Below, piece by piece: positions 33,849-42,581 of a stretch of DNA of 44,477 bases (the first letter of the stretch is position 1; each line of letters begins with the position of its first letter). The stretch is from a bacterium (GTDB lineage Bacteria > Patescibacteriota > Patescibacteriia > JACQRZ01): contig JAUYIE010000012.1 of assembly GCA_030688365.1 (NCBI GenBank), positions 1-44,477 of the forward strand, given 5' to 3'. The translations under genes were made by a program, and so were the position numbers. Below the pieces are notes generated by a model. The model was not told the origin of the DNA. It worked only from the letters and a program-made list of their open reading frames with translations, and did not search any database.

Positions 33849-36590
33849 ATGGCAAAAAAAGAACACAATACGCTTTTAATCGTGGATGGGTATTCCTTGC
33901 TGTATCGCGCATGGCACGCACTTCCCCCACTCACGACTTCGTCTGGTGAGGTGGTCAATGCTGTCTATGGTTTTGCGACGATCTTGCTTAAAGCGATTAA
34001 AGATTTTAAAGCGACGCACGTGGCGGTTGCTTTTGATTTGGCCAAGCCAACCTTCCGTCATGAAGCCTACAAAGAATACAAAGCACAGCGAGAAAAACAG
34101 CCTGATGAGTTTTATGCTCAAATCGCCCATGTACGTGAATTTTTGCAAAGTCTTGGTATCCCCTCTTATGAAAAAGAAGGATTTGAGGCTGATGATGTGA
34201 TTGCGACCATTGCACGACTTTTTGAAAAACAACATCCTGGTCTTCAGACCCTTATTCTTACTGGTGATATGGATGCGATCGCTTTGGTGGATGAACAGAC
34301 TCATGTGTGTACCCCGAAAAAAGGTATCAGTGATATTGTGGTATACGATCTAGAAGCGGTGAAAGAAAAGTTCAACGGACTTGTGCCGTCAGACATGCCT
34401 CTTTACAAAACTCTTCGCGGTGATCCTTCCGACAATATTCCTGGAGTCAAAGGTATTGGTGAAAAAACTGCCATGACGCTTGCGGGAAAATATCATACTC
34501 TTGATAATCTTTTGGATGGAATAGAGCAAGGAGAAACATCGCTGAACGAAACACTCGCACAAGGCATGCTTTCTCAACGTGAGGATTTGTACAACACGCT
34601 CTCATTGGTAACCTTACGTGATGATGTACTGTTTGATTTTTCTATTGATGATATGAAGTTTGGTGAAGGAGTAGATGCACCTCGTCTGGTGAAACTTTTT
34701 CAAACACTAGAATTTAAAACCCTCCTCTCACGCTTGAAAGAATTTGGCATCGCGCAGCGTGCGCCGTCAGTGCATGAAGAAAATGGAAACTATGTATGCG
34801 TGAATACCACAAAAACATTTGATGAGTTTTATACGGCTCTACAAAAACAAAAAGAAATCGCGGTGGATACAGAAACAACAAATATTGACCCGTTTCAATG
34901 CAGTCTTGTTGGTATCAGTATGTCGTGGGAAGAAGGACGTGGGTATTATTTGCCATGGTCGGCGTTAAACGCGACGCAGAAAAAAAAGATCATCACCGTG
35001 TTGCAAGATGAAGATATAAAAAAGATCGGGCACAATATAAAATACGATATTGAGAGTTTGGCGCAAGGAGATATTGCGCTGAAAGGTATATATTTTGATA
35101 CGATGATTGCGGCATATCTACTTAACTCTGGTGTTCGCACATATGGACTTGATATATTGGCATTTTCCGAGTTTGGTCATCAAAAAATACCGACGACCGA
35201 TCTGATTGGTGAAAAAACAGCAACGCAAATCACTATGGATAAGGTACCACTGGAAAAGATCGCGCCATATGCATGTGAAGATGCGGATTTTACATGGCGT
35301 TTGTATAAACATTTTTCAAAGCAAATGGCGGATATTGCGCTCACTCCCCTTTTTGATGATATTGAGATGCCGTTGGTTAGTGTTTTGGCTGACATGGAAT
35401 CACATGGGATTTTGCTTGATGTGCCATTTCTAAAAACATTTTCAAAAAAGGTACACACCACGCGCAACACAATACAAAAAAAGATTTACAACACAGCGGG
35501 ACAAGAATTTAATATTGATTCACCGTCGCAACTGAAAAATATTTTATTTGAGGTGCTTGAGATTTCCAGTAGAAATATTCGTAAAGGAAAGACAGGTTTT
35601 TCTACCGCTGCTTCAGAATTGGAAAAAATGAGAGGTAGTCATCCGATCATTGAGCTTATCATGCAGTATCGTGAAGTTTCAAAATTGCTCAACACCTACA
35701 TTGATACTCTTCCCGACCTTATCAATCCAAAGACGAAATGTATCCATACTAGTTATAATCAGACAATCGCGAGTACAGGTAGACTCTCATCGTCAAATCC
35801 AAATTTGCAAAACATACCTATTCGGACAGAACTAGGGAGAGAAATACGCAAAGCGTTTGTCGCAGCAAAAGGCATGACACTTTTGGCGGCTGACTATTCA
35901 CAGATTGAGCTCCGCGTCGTAGCATCCCTTGCAAATGATCTCAAAATGATACAGGCTTTCAAAGAAGGGGTTGATATTCACATGGCGACTGCGGCGGAAG
36001 TGAATAATGTGTCCCTTGACGCTGTCACCAAAGCTATGCGCCGTGCAGCAAAAACAATTAACTTTGGCGTGCTGTATGGTATGGGTCCGCAAGGTCTAGC
36101 CGAGGGTGCAGGGATCACATATGATGAAGCGATGGATTTTATAGATCGGTATTATGTCGCCTACCCTGATGTGAGAAAGTACATGGATGAGATTTTGCAA
36201 CAAGCACGTTCGCTTGGATATGTAGAAACATTTTTTGGGCGTCGTCGTTATATACCTGAACTCAAGTCAAGTGTGATGCAAGTACGTCGTAGTGCCGAGC
36301 GTACAGCGATTAACATGCCCGTCCAAGGAACAGCAGCTGACATTATGAAAAAAGCCATGATCGCGGTGGCACAGCGCATAAAAAAAGAAAAAGCGCGCAA
36401 TGATGTTGCGATGGTTTTACAGGTGCATGATGAATTGGTGTTTGAGATATCAACGGCCAAAGTCAAAACAGTAGCGCAATGGATCCAAGAAGAGATGGAA
36501 CACGTGGTACAATTAAAAGTACCGTTGGAGGTTGAGATTTCTTCTGGAAAAAATTGGGGGACACTTTCTTCACTATCATTATGGTTATAG
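33849..36590 (+). CDS. polA: DNA polymerase I
   Basis: 5' nuclease LLIVDGYSLLYRAWHA, 3'-5' exo VDTETT, and polymerase motifs DYSQIELRV, RRAAKTINFGVLYG and QVHDELVFE. ATG 33849 was chosen over the upstream ORF start. Confidence 0.95.
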   Translation: MAKKEHNTLLIVDGYSLLYRAWHALPPLTTSSGEVVNAVYGFATILLKAIKDFKATHVAVAFDLAKPTFRHEAYKEYKAQREKQPDEFYAQIAHVREFLQSLGIPSYEKEGFEADDVIATIARLFEKQHPGLQTLILTGDMDAIALVDEQTHVCTPKKGISDIVVYDLEAVKEKFNGLVPSDMPLYKTLRGDPSDNIPGVKGIGEKTAMTLAGKYHTLDNLLDGIEQGETSLNETLAQGMLSQREDLYNTLSLVTLRDDVLFDFSIDDMKFGEGVDAPRLVKLFQTLEFKTLLSRLKEFGIAQRAPSVHEENGNYVCVNTTKTFDEFYTALQKQKEIAVDTETTNIDPFQCSLVGISMSWEEGRGYYLPWSALNATQKKKIITVLQDEDIKKIGHNIKYDIESLAQGDIALKGIYFDTMIAAYLLNSGVRTYGLDILAFSEFGHQKIPTTDLIGEKTATQITMDKVPLEKIAPYACEDADFTWRLYKHFSKQMADIALTPLFDDIEMPLVSVLADMESHGILLDVPFLKTFSKKVHTTRNTIQKKIYNTAGQEFNIDSPSQLKNILFEVLEISSRNIRKGKTGFSTAASELEKMRGSHPIIELIMQYREVSKLLNTYIDTLPDLINPKTKCIHTSYNQTIASTGRLSSSNPNLQNIPIRTELGREIRKAFVAAKGMTLLAADYSQIELRVVASLANDLKMIQAFKEGVDIHMATAAEVNNVSLDAVTKAMRRAAKTINFGVLYGMGPQGLAEGAGITYDEAMDFIDRYYVAYPDVRKYMDEILQQARSLGYVETFFGRRRYIPELKSSVMQVRRSAERTAINMPVQGTAADIMKKAMIAVAQRIKKEKARNDVAMVLQVHDELVFEISTAKVKTVAQWIQEEMEHVVQLKVPLEVEISSGKNWGTLSSLSLWL

Positions 36591-37435
36591 ACGGAACCGC
36601 ATTTGCACATATTATAAAAAACGACATACGCGAACAACTCGCGCGTCGTTCTGGTACAAAAATAACACCGGGATTAGGTATTGTACTGGTGGGTAGCGAT
36701 GACGCTTCTGTTGTGTATGTCGGGATCAAAGAAAAAGTCGCAAAAAGTCTTGGGTTTCATACACAAATACAACGACTCCCCGCGACCGCAAAGGAGATAG
36801 ACATTAAAAAAGTAATTGAAGAAATGAATAGAGATAAAAAGATTCATGGAATTCTTGTGCAGATTCCCTTACCCAAACATATTGACTACCAAGAGGTTCT
36901 TAATACTATTGCAATAGAAAAAGATATTGACTGTTTGAGTCACGCGTCGCTTGGCGCGTTACTTAAGGGCGAGACCTTTATTGCGCCACCAACCGCCGAG
37001 GCAGTACTGCTCTTGATTGAACATGCCGGTATGACTGTACCGTGCGCGGATATCGCAGTAGTGGGTGCTGGTTTTTTTGGTAGACAGATTGCGTTTCATC
37101 TTCTTAATCATGGTGCGAGTGTATCAGTTGTACAAGACATGACAAAAGATATTTCACAATACACAAAAAAAGCTGACGTGGTGGTGTCGGTAGTCGGCAA
37201 AGCGGGGCTGATTACTGGTGCAATAATTAAAAAAGATGCAGTGTTTATTGATGTTGGTGTATCGGTGATTGATGGAAAAGTTGTCGGTGATGCGGATGAA
37301 ATGAGTATTGCTCATAAAGCGAGTGCATACACCCCTGTTCCCGGCGGTGTGGGACCTGTCACTGTCGCATGCGTGATGAAAAATGTGATGGAGCGGGTAT
37401 GGAAAATAAAAAAGATCGCCTGGTGCGATCTATAA
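36581..37435 (+). CDS. folD: Bifunctional methylenetetrahydrofolate dehydrogenase/cyclohydrolase
   Basis: MVIDGTAFAHIIK start, VGSDDASVVYVGIK, IPLPKHID and TPVPGGVGPVT. Overlaps the polA end by 10 nt. Confidence 0.9.
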   Translation: MVIDGTAFAHIIKNDIREQLARRSGTKITPGLGIVLVGSDDASVVYVGIKEKVAKSLGFHTQIQRLPATAKEIDIKKVIEEMNRDKKIHGILVQIPLPKHIDYQEVLNTIAIEKDIDCLSHASLGALLKGETFIAPPTAEAVLLLIEHAGMTVPCADIAVVGAGFFGRQIAFHLLNHGASVSVVQDMTKDISQYTKKADVVVSVVGKAGLITGAIIKKDAVFIDVGVSVIDGKVVGDADEMSIAHKASAYTPVPGGVGPVTVACVMKNVMERVWKIKKIAWCDL

Positions 37436-37456
37436 TATATATTGAGATATTTTTTG

Positions 37457-37888
37457 TTACGAGGAATTATCCTTTTTTATTTTCTGGATATCCTTTATAA
37501 CTTTTGAAAAATTATGAATGACAGTAGCGGGTTTCTTTTTAATCCACTTTGATTGATAAAAAAGTACTGTTGCATATTGGACTGCATTCAAGTCTATATC
37601 CGTTGTCACCTGGCGTTTCATTTTATTTTCCAAGTTTTCTACAAGGTGTACATCTGTTAACGTTTTTAAAAAAGGTGCGAACTCTCTGAAGAGGTCGCGA
37701 ACTTCAGTAACGTGTTGCAATGTTTTATGATGTTTTGATTTGTTTCCTTTAATGAGCGCTTCAAGTACCAATTTTATCGGCACGGCGTATATTTGATCAG
37801 TTAACACACAAAACGGAATTAGTTTGGCTAGTATTGTACTTTGTTTCCAATTTTCTTCCGGTTTTCCTAAATTATTGTTTAGGTACAT
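37457..37888 (-). CDS. Hypothetical protein
   Basis: 143-aa ORF in an otherwise unoccupied interval, preceded by a purine-rich stretch. No motif recognised. Confidence 0.45.
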   Translation of the reverse strand: MYLNNNLGKPEENWKQSTILAKLIPFCVLTDQIYAVPIKLVLEALIKGNKSKHHKTLQHVTEVRDLFREFAPFLKTLTDVHLVENLENKMKRQVTTDIDLNAVQYATVLFYQSKWIKKKPATVIHNFSKVIKDIQKIKKDNSS

Positions 37889-38004
37889 TTTTTTCTCCTT
37901 TTCTCCTTAATTAATTTCTTCCGCATTATAATAGCATGTTAGTCAGTTTAGTCAATGAGCCCTTGCAAAAACCCTCTTCTCCCGCTAGGATGATTAGGTT
38001 ACAA

Positions 38005-38075
38005 GGGGGATTAGTTTAGTGGTAGAACGAAGGTCTCCAAAACCTTTGGTGTAGGTTCGATTCCTACATCCCCCG
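38005..38075 (+). tRNA. tRNA-Trp(CCA), no encoded 3' CCA
   Basis: Acceptor GGGGGAT pairs with ATCCCCC. Anticodon loop CTCCAAA. T-arm GTAGG-TTCGATT-CCTAC. Upstream lies TTGCAA, a 17-nt spacer and TAGGAT. Confidence 0.85.
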
Positions 38076-38101
38076 TATTCTATTTATAAATAACATACTG
38101 T

Positions 38102-38545
38102 ATGCGCTCTACTATATTCCGTGTTGTTGGGTCGTTGGTGTTAGTGACTATTGTCTCTGAAGGGTTGTGGGCTTTGTTTCGTATTGCTGGTATTACATTG
38201 TTTGCCGACTCTCGATATTGGTGCACATGGGGATCCATAGCTCAAGGATTGACTACCGGTGTTCCTTCCTCTGAATTTTTGTATTGGAGTCTTGGAATCA
38301 ATATCATCACTGCGCTTATTTTTATTTTGTTATACCGAAAGGTGCGAAAAGTTATAGGGGGTGGAATATTTTTGAAAGGACTCAAGTTTAGTTTGTTTGT
38401 CTTTCTTGCTGGTGCACTTCCCATATTAGCAATGGGTGCACTTATGGTATATCTTTCCCCTGCACTTTTGATACTCGGTATTGGTATGACATTGTTAGTG
38501 ACGTTGATTAATGGCATTATTGTCGCTGCGATTAATCGTCAGTAA
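38102..38545 (+). CDS. Small integral membrane protein (about 4 TM helices), function unknown
   Basis: 147 aa with four long hydrophobic segments. Confidence 0.5.
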   Translation: MRSTIFRVVGSLVLVTIVSEGLWALFRIAGITLFADSRYWCTWGSIAQGLTTGVPSSEFLYWSLGINIITALIFILLYRKVRKVIGGGIFLKGLKFSLFVFLAGALPILAMGALMVYLSPALLILGIGMTLLVTLINGIIVAAINRQ

Positions 38546-38570
38546 TTTTTTCAATTTTCATTTTTATCCT

Positions 38571-39911
38571 ATGACCAATCGCGAGATTGCCTGCGTGTTT
38601 CGCGGTATAGTTAAAGATCCTTCAATGAAGAATGAATCTTCTTGTGCATTGTTGGGAGACACACTCCCCTTCGCTCATCACTTGTGCCAGCGACTTGCTT
38701 CAGTGCCCGGTGTGAAAAAAATAGAAATTGCAGGATCACTGCGTCGTATGAAAGAAACAGTTGGTGATATTGATTTGGTCGCGGTATCGGCAAAGCCAGA
38801 AAGTTTGATGAAATATTTTGTTTCCATGTCGGAAGTGGTGCAGGTGCAAGAACATGGTACAACGCGTTCTATTGTCCATCTTTCAAATGGCCTTGATTGT
38901 GATTTGCGCGTAGTGTCAGCAGAAAGTTTTGGTTCTGCGTTGTTGTATTTTACCGGCAGTAAAGAGCACGGGATTGCATTGTGCAAAATCGCAAACGAAA
39001 AAGGAATGACACTCAATGAGTACGGACTTTACAAAGAAAATGATGGGAAGAAAGGCGCGATGGTTGCTAATAAAACAGAAAAAGAAATATATGACGCACT
39101 CGGTCTTGTGTATATAGAGCCGGAACTACGCGAGATGACCGGCGAGATCGAAAGTGCAAAACAAAATACACTCCAACGCTTGGTTTCGTACAAAAGTCTC
39201 CATGGTGATTTTCAGGTACAAAGCGATTGGAGTGATGGGGAAGACAGTATTGAGGAGTTGGCGATGTCAGCACAGCGTGCGGGACTTTCATATATTGCAA
39301 TAACCGACCATACAAAGTCATTGACCGTCGCTAACGGCCTTGATGAGAAACGTCTAGAGAAACAATCACGACTCATTGATCGGCTCAACAAGAAGTTTCA
39401 CGGTATCACCATTCTCAAAGGGTCTGAAGTAGATATTCTCAAAGATGGCAGTTTGGATATTTCTGATACTGCACTTTCTCGTCTTGATCTTGTTGGGATT
39501 TCCGTGCACTCTTACTTTAATCTTTCAAAAGACGAACAGACCAAACGTATTATCAAAGCAATGTCACACCCAAGTGTTAATATCTTATTTCATCCAACGA
39601 CACGGCGTATCAATAGACGCGAAGAATGCGATATGGATTTGGATGAGATTTATAAAGCAGCAAAAAAATACAATGTCGTGTTGGAAATCAATGCAAGCCC
39701 AAGCCGACTTGATTTGAAAGATGTGCATATTCATCGCGCACAAGAATACGGATGCATGTTTTCGATTGATAGCGATGCTCATAACGCAGAACATTTTTCA
39801 TTTTTACAATATGGTATAGGCCAAGCCCGACGTGGTTGGCTATCGGAAGAAAACATTTTGAATACAAGGACAGTGAAAGAGGTAAAGAAGGTTTTGAGTA
39901 AGAAGAGGTAG
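38571..39911 (+). CDS. Family X DNA polymerase with a PHP domain (PolX/YshC-like), lacking the N-terminal 8-kDa/HhH region
   Basis: AGSLRRMKETVGDIDLV, LLYFTGSKEHGI, and PHP blocks HGDFQVQSDWSDG, ITDH and SIDSDAH. GSLRR sits about 55 aa from the start, versus about 185 aa in B. subtilis PolX as recalled. Confidence 0.8.
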   Translation: MTNREIACVFRGIVKDPSMKNESSCALLGDTLPFAHHLCQRLASVPGVKKIEIAGSLRRMKETVGDIDLVAVSAKPESLMKYFVSMSEVVQVQEHGTTRSIVHLSNGLDCDLRVVSAESFGSALLYFTGSKEHGIALCKIANEKGMTLNEYGLYKENDGKKGAMVANKTEKEIYDALGLVYIEPELREMTGEIESAKQNTLQRLVSYKSLHGDFQVQSDWSDGEDSIEELAMSAQRAGLSYIAITDHTKSLTVANGLDEKRLEKQSRLIDRLNKKFHGITILKGSEVDILKDGSLDISDTALSRLDLVGISVHSYFNLSKDEQTKRIIKAMSHPSVNILFHPTTRRINRREECDMDLDEIYKAAKKYNVVLEINASPSRLDLKDVHIHRAQEYGCMFSIDSDAHNAEHFSFLQYGIGQARRGWLSEENILNTRTVKEVKKVLSKKR

Positions 39912-39960
39912 TGCTGTATCGTTGACAAAATATCGATTTGTGATAAATAAAAGATTTTGA

Positions 39961-40016
39961 TAATAATAAAGAGCCCTGAACAAGAAATGAATTTTTCTCA
40001 TGGCTCTTTATTATTA
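39961..40016. terminator. 15-bp perfect inverted repeat between convergent genes (bidirectional terminator candidate)
   Basis: TAATAATAAAGAGCC (39961..39975) pairs with GGCTCTTTATTATTA (40002..40016), with a 26-nt loop. Confidence 0.5.
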
Positions 40017-40454
40017 TGTGTGCGCAGAAAGCAATTTCTCTGCATTAATTTTTATATCAAGTGGCAGCTCGCTGATGACATTATAAATATCTTTTTCATT
40101 GCTCTGTGTGGAAATACGAAAGGTATACCTGCCCGTCTTGGTGATAGGCATTCCTTGTATTTTTGTAATACTGCGGTAGCGCATTGCGCCCTTATTGATA
40201 TCAAACGTACTGCTCAAATCATTGATTATATTTTTATCAGGGTCTATCAAATCAATTTTTAGGTTTAGTATAGAGTCGTCTTTTTCAGTAGTCCAAAAGT
40301 TGATTATCTGGAACTCAATAGGAATTACTATCTTGTCACCTGTTGCATTTTTGATTGTAAAATTAATTTCCTCCACGCAATCAATAATACTAAGTAGGTT
40401 GCTATTTCCATCAATGATTGTTTTTTGACACAGTACTGACCAAATGTGTTTCAT
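40014..40454 (-). CDS. Hypothetical protein (146 aa), third gene of the degraded HigB-like/XRE module
   Basis: ORF 5 nt downstream of the XRE gene on the same strand, with predicted beta-rich composition. No motif confidently recognised. Confidence 0.5.
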   Translation of the reverse strand: MKHIWSVLCQKTIIDGNSNLLSIIDCVEEINFTIKNATGDKIVIPIEFQIINFWTTEKDDSILNLKIDLIDPDKNIINDLSSTFDINKGAMRYRSITKIQGMPITKTGRYTFRISTQSNEKDIYNVISELPLDIKINAEKLLSAHT

Positions 40455-40459
40455 ATAAT

Positions 40460-40885
40460 TTATGTCTTTGGGTAAGAATTAGTAGCTACACTTTCTAGCG
40501 AATAATTTTGTGTAATATTGCTGACAGTACTCTTCTTAATACTATTTTCAGTGGTTGCTGTTGTCGTAGTAAAAGTGAAATCAATTTTACTACCAAAAAT
40601 AGTTGACAGTTGGTCGGCTGTGAAATTGAGATTTCTCGCTAAGCGATTCAATAAATCAAGACCTACATTTATATCACCATTTTCAATGTTTGATATGACT
40701 CTCTGTGTAGAGTGTATATTTTTTGCTAACGTTTGTTGGCTTATGTGCTGTGCCTCTCGTGCATTATACACTTCGACCGCCAACCGTATCCTTGCATTTG
40801 CGTCTTGTGCGTAACGATGAAAGTTTTTATCCTTTCTCGCTTCTGCGATAGGATCAATGCTAGTTTTTTTATTTATACTCTTCAT
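40460..40885 (-). CDS. XRE-family HTH protein (HigA-like antitoxin candidate)
   Basis: ISQQTLAKNIHSTQRVISNIENGDINVGLDLLNRLARNL is a Cro/C1 HTH. Located directly downstream of the toxin-like ORF. Confidence 0.75.
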   Translation of the reverse strand: MKSINKKTSIDPIAEARKDKNFHRYAQDANARIRLAVEVYNAREAQHISQQTLAKNIHSTQRVISNIENGDINVGLDLLNRLARNLNFTADQLSTIFGSKIDFTFTTTTATTENSIKKSTVSNITQNYSLESVATNSYPKT

Positions 40886-40896
40886 ATGATGTAGGA

Positions 40897-41109
40897 TTAT
40901 TTTTGAATTCTTTTTGATAATGTTTTGTAATCTCTAATTCTTTGCAATGGTTTTGAAATGGGTGGTGTTGGTAGACCGTTTGATTGAATTATGTGGTTTA
41001 TTTTTTGGTCAATCTCGGCTAAGAGTTTTGCTTTAATTTTATACTGTGACAGATATTGTTTTACGGGACAGATTTTTAGAGTCTGATCATAGTAGTAAAC
41101 TGTTTTCAT
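40897..41109 (-). pseudogene. Gp49/HigB-like (RelE-fold) toxin gene with an in-frame internal deletion
   Basis: The 70-aa product has a family-like N-terminus (CPVKQYLSQY...KLLAEIDQKINHIIQSNGLPTPPISKPLQ). This is joined directly to a C-terminal-tail-like RIRDYKTLSKRIQK. The central ELRI...LLHGF.KK core is absent. Confidence 0.5.
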
Positions 41110-41270
41110 AGTTAGTTAATTATCAGTAAAGGACGGTAATACAATCATACCCGATAGGGTATAATAGCGTCAAGGGTAGTTATATACTGGAAAGATGGAT
41201 CTTGTTTTGACATTACTGAGTCAGTAGTTTATTATCAAACCATTATAAATCGTTCCTTAGGAGGTCAAAA

Positions 41271-41504
41271 ATGACGAATAGCTCTCGTGTTGGTACAAAT
41301 AAAGAAATTACCTTATATCATACTAAATCTGCATTGTCGGCAGAGATACAGAAATTTTTTGACGACAATAAGATTGTGTATAAACTACACTATGTAGGAA
41401 ATTGGTATGAGCCGCATATTGGTGTGGGTGGCGGTGTTGAATACTATAAAGGAGAAGTCGGTTTCAAGATTTTTCAAAAAAAATTCTTAGAATCACAAAA
41501 ATAG
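41271..41504 (+). CDS. Small hypothetical protein (77 aa)
   Basis: Strong RBS AGGAGG 7 nt upstream, and a terminator downstream. Confidence 0.55.
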   Translation: MTNSSRVGTNKEITLYHTKSALSAEIQKFFDDNKIVYKLHYVGNWYEPHIGVGGGVEYYKGEVGFKIFQKKFLESQK

Positions 41505-41555
41505 GTTTTAGAATCCAGTTATTATACTGTATTCTTTCATTTTTGAGCATATAAA

Positions 41556-41588
41556 AAACACGCCTTCATAGCGTGTTTCCATTTTTTT
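41556..41588 (+). terminator. Rho-independent terminator
   Basis: AAACACGC-CTTCATA-GCGTGTTT followed by CCATTTTTTT. Confidence 0.7.
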
Positions 41589-42069
41589 AGATACTTTATT
41601 CAAAATAAAGGGGCTAGAAGTGCCAAATATTCCACCATATTACCTTTCGAATTAGTAATATGATGAAAAAGCATGGGATTAGCACTTCTGGTCCTCTTGT
41701 TTTGAGAAATATCCGACTATCAAAAAAGCGTTATCGCAAGGGAAAACGCTTTTTTATGTACTATATAGTCGATAAAAATGATATATCGGCGTCTATGTAT
41801 TGAAAAATGAGGCTGTATACGCCTGTTTTTGTTTTTCCCTTGTCGTTACTTTTTTGTTTTTGTTTTAAGGTACATTTTTGAGGAGATTGTAAAAATTTCT
41901 CCCAAAGAACATTCCATTTCTCTACCCTTAAATAATAGCATATTTATAAGGATATTTCAAGGTCGGCGTGCGGTGAGCGACCACAAGAGACGCCTATTTT
42001 TCACCGTTTTGTTATCTAAAAGAACGATTGAATTATTTGCCTTGCCATGATAGGCTTTTTAGGTCGTAT

Positions 42070-42154
42070 GCAGGCGTGGCGGAATTGGTATACGCGCATG
42101 CCTTAGGAGCATGTCTCGCAAGGGATGTGGGTTCGAGTCCCACCGCCTGCACCA
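42070..42154 (+). tRNA. tRNA-Leu(UAG), class II long variable arm, CCA encoded
   Basis: Acceptor GCAGGCG pairs with CGCCTGC. Anticodon stem CATGC/GCATG with loop CTTAGGA. Long variable arm. T-arm GTGGG-TTCGAGT-CCCAC. Confidence 0.85.
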
Positions 42155-42226
42155 TCGATGTCCCTATGGGGCCATTTGTTTATAACCATAAGGAAAGCAA
42201 GCTGTGTACGTGTTACGCCCAAGTCC

Positions 42227-42254
42227 TTGACATGGTCTGCGGAATACGTATAAT
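42227..42254 (+). promoter_or_regulatory. Consensus sigma70 promoter upstream of the 23S gene
   Basis: TTGACA (42227..42232), 16-nt spacer, TATAAT (42249..42254). Confidence 0.65.
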
Positions 42255-42381
42255 AGGTAGCAGATTAAAAAGTTCTCCACAGGCTGTTGATATGCTCGAC
42301 ACTTGTACAAAATATGTTTAGCGGGTATAATGATCGTTACATGCAACTTTTTCCCACAGTTAAAAGAAAAATAGGCATTTT

Positions 42382-42410
42382 TTGACGGAGTATTCTTCCT
42401 TCTCTATCAA
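42382..42410 (+). promoter_or_regulatory. Second candidate promoter upstream of the 23S gene
   Basis: TTGACG, 17-nt spacer, TATCAA. Confidence 0.4.
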
Positions 42411-42531
42411 GAGTAGTTGAAACCGTCCCGTAGCGGTTTTTTGTTTTTAAAAACGAAATGTTGGGGAAAGATAGCGGTACGTCTGTGAAAAACGACGCGC
42501 ATCGCCATCTCTTCCTAAATGGGAAGAGTGA

Positions 42532-42542
42532 TTCTTTGAAAA
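42532..42542 (+). promoter_or_regulatory. boxA-like element in the 23S leader
   Basis: TTCTTTGAAAA closely matches the Bacillus-type rrn boxA TGTTCTTTGAAAAC as recalled. Confidence 0.5.
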
Positions 42543-42581
42543 TTGAATCTTGGGTAATTGAGAGACCAATTTATTGATTTT

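Noticed and set aside
41829-42346. ORFs 41829..42050, 42028..42321 and 42164..42346.
   Set aside because: They overlap tRNA-Leu and the 23S promoter/leader. They have no RBS and odd composition.
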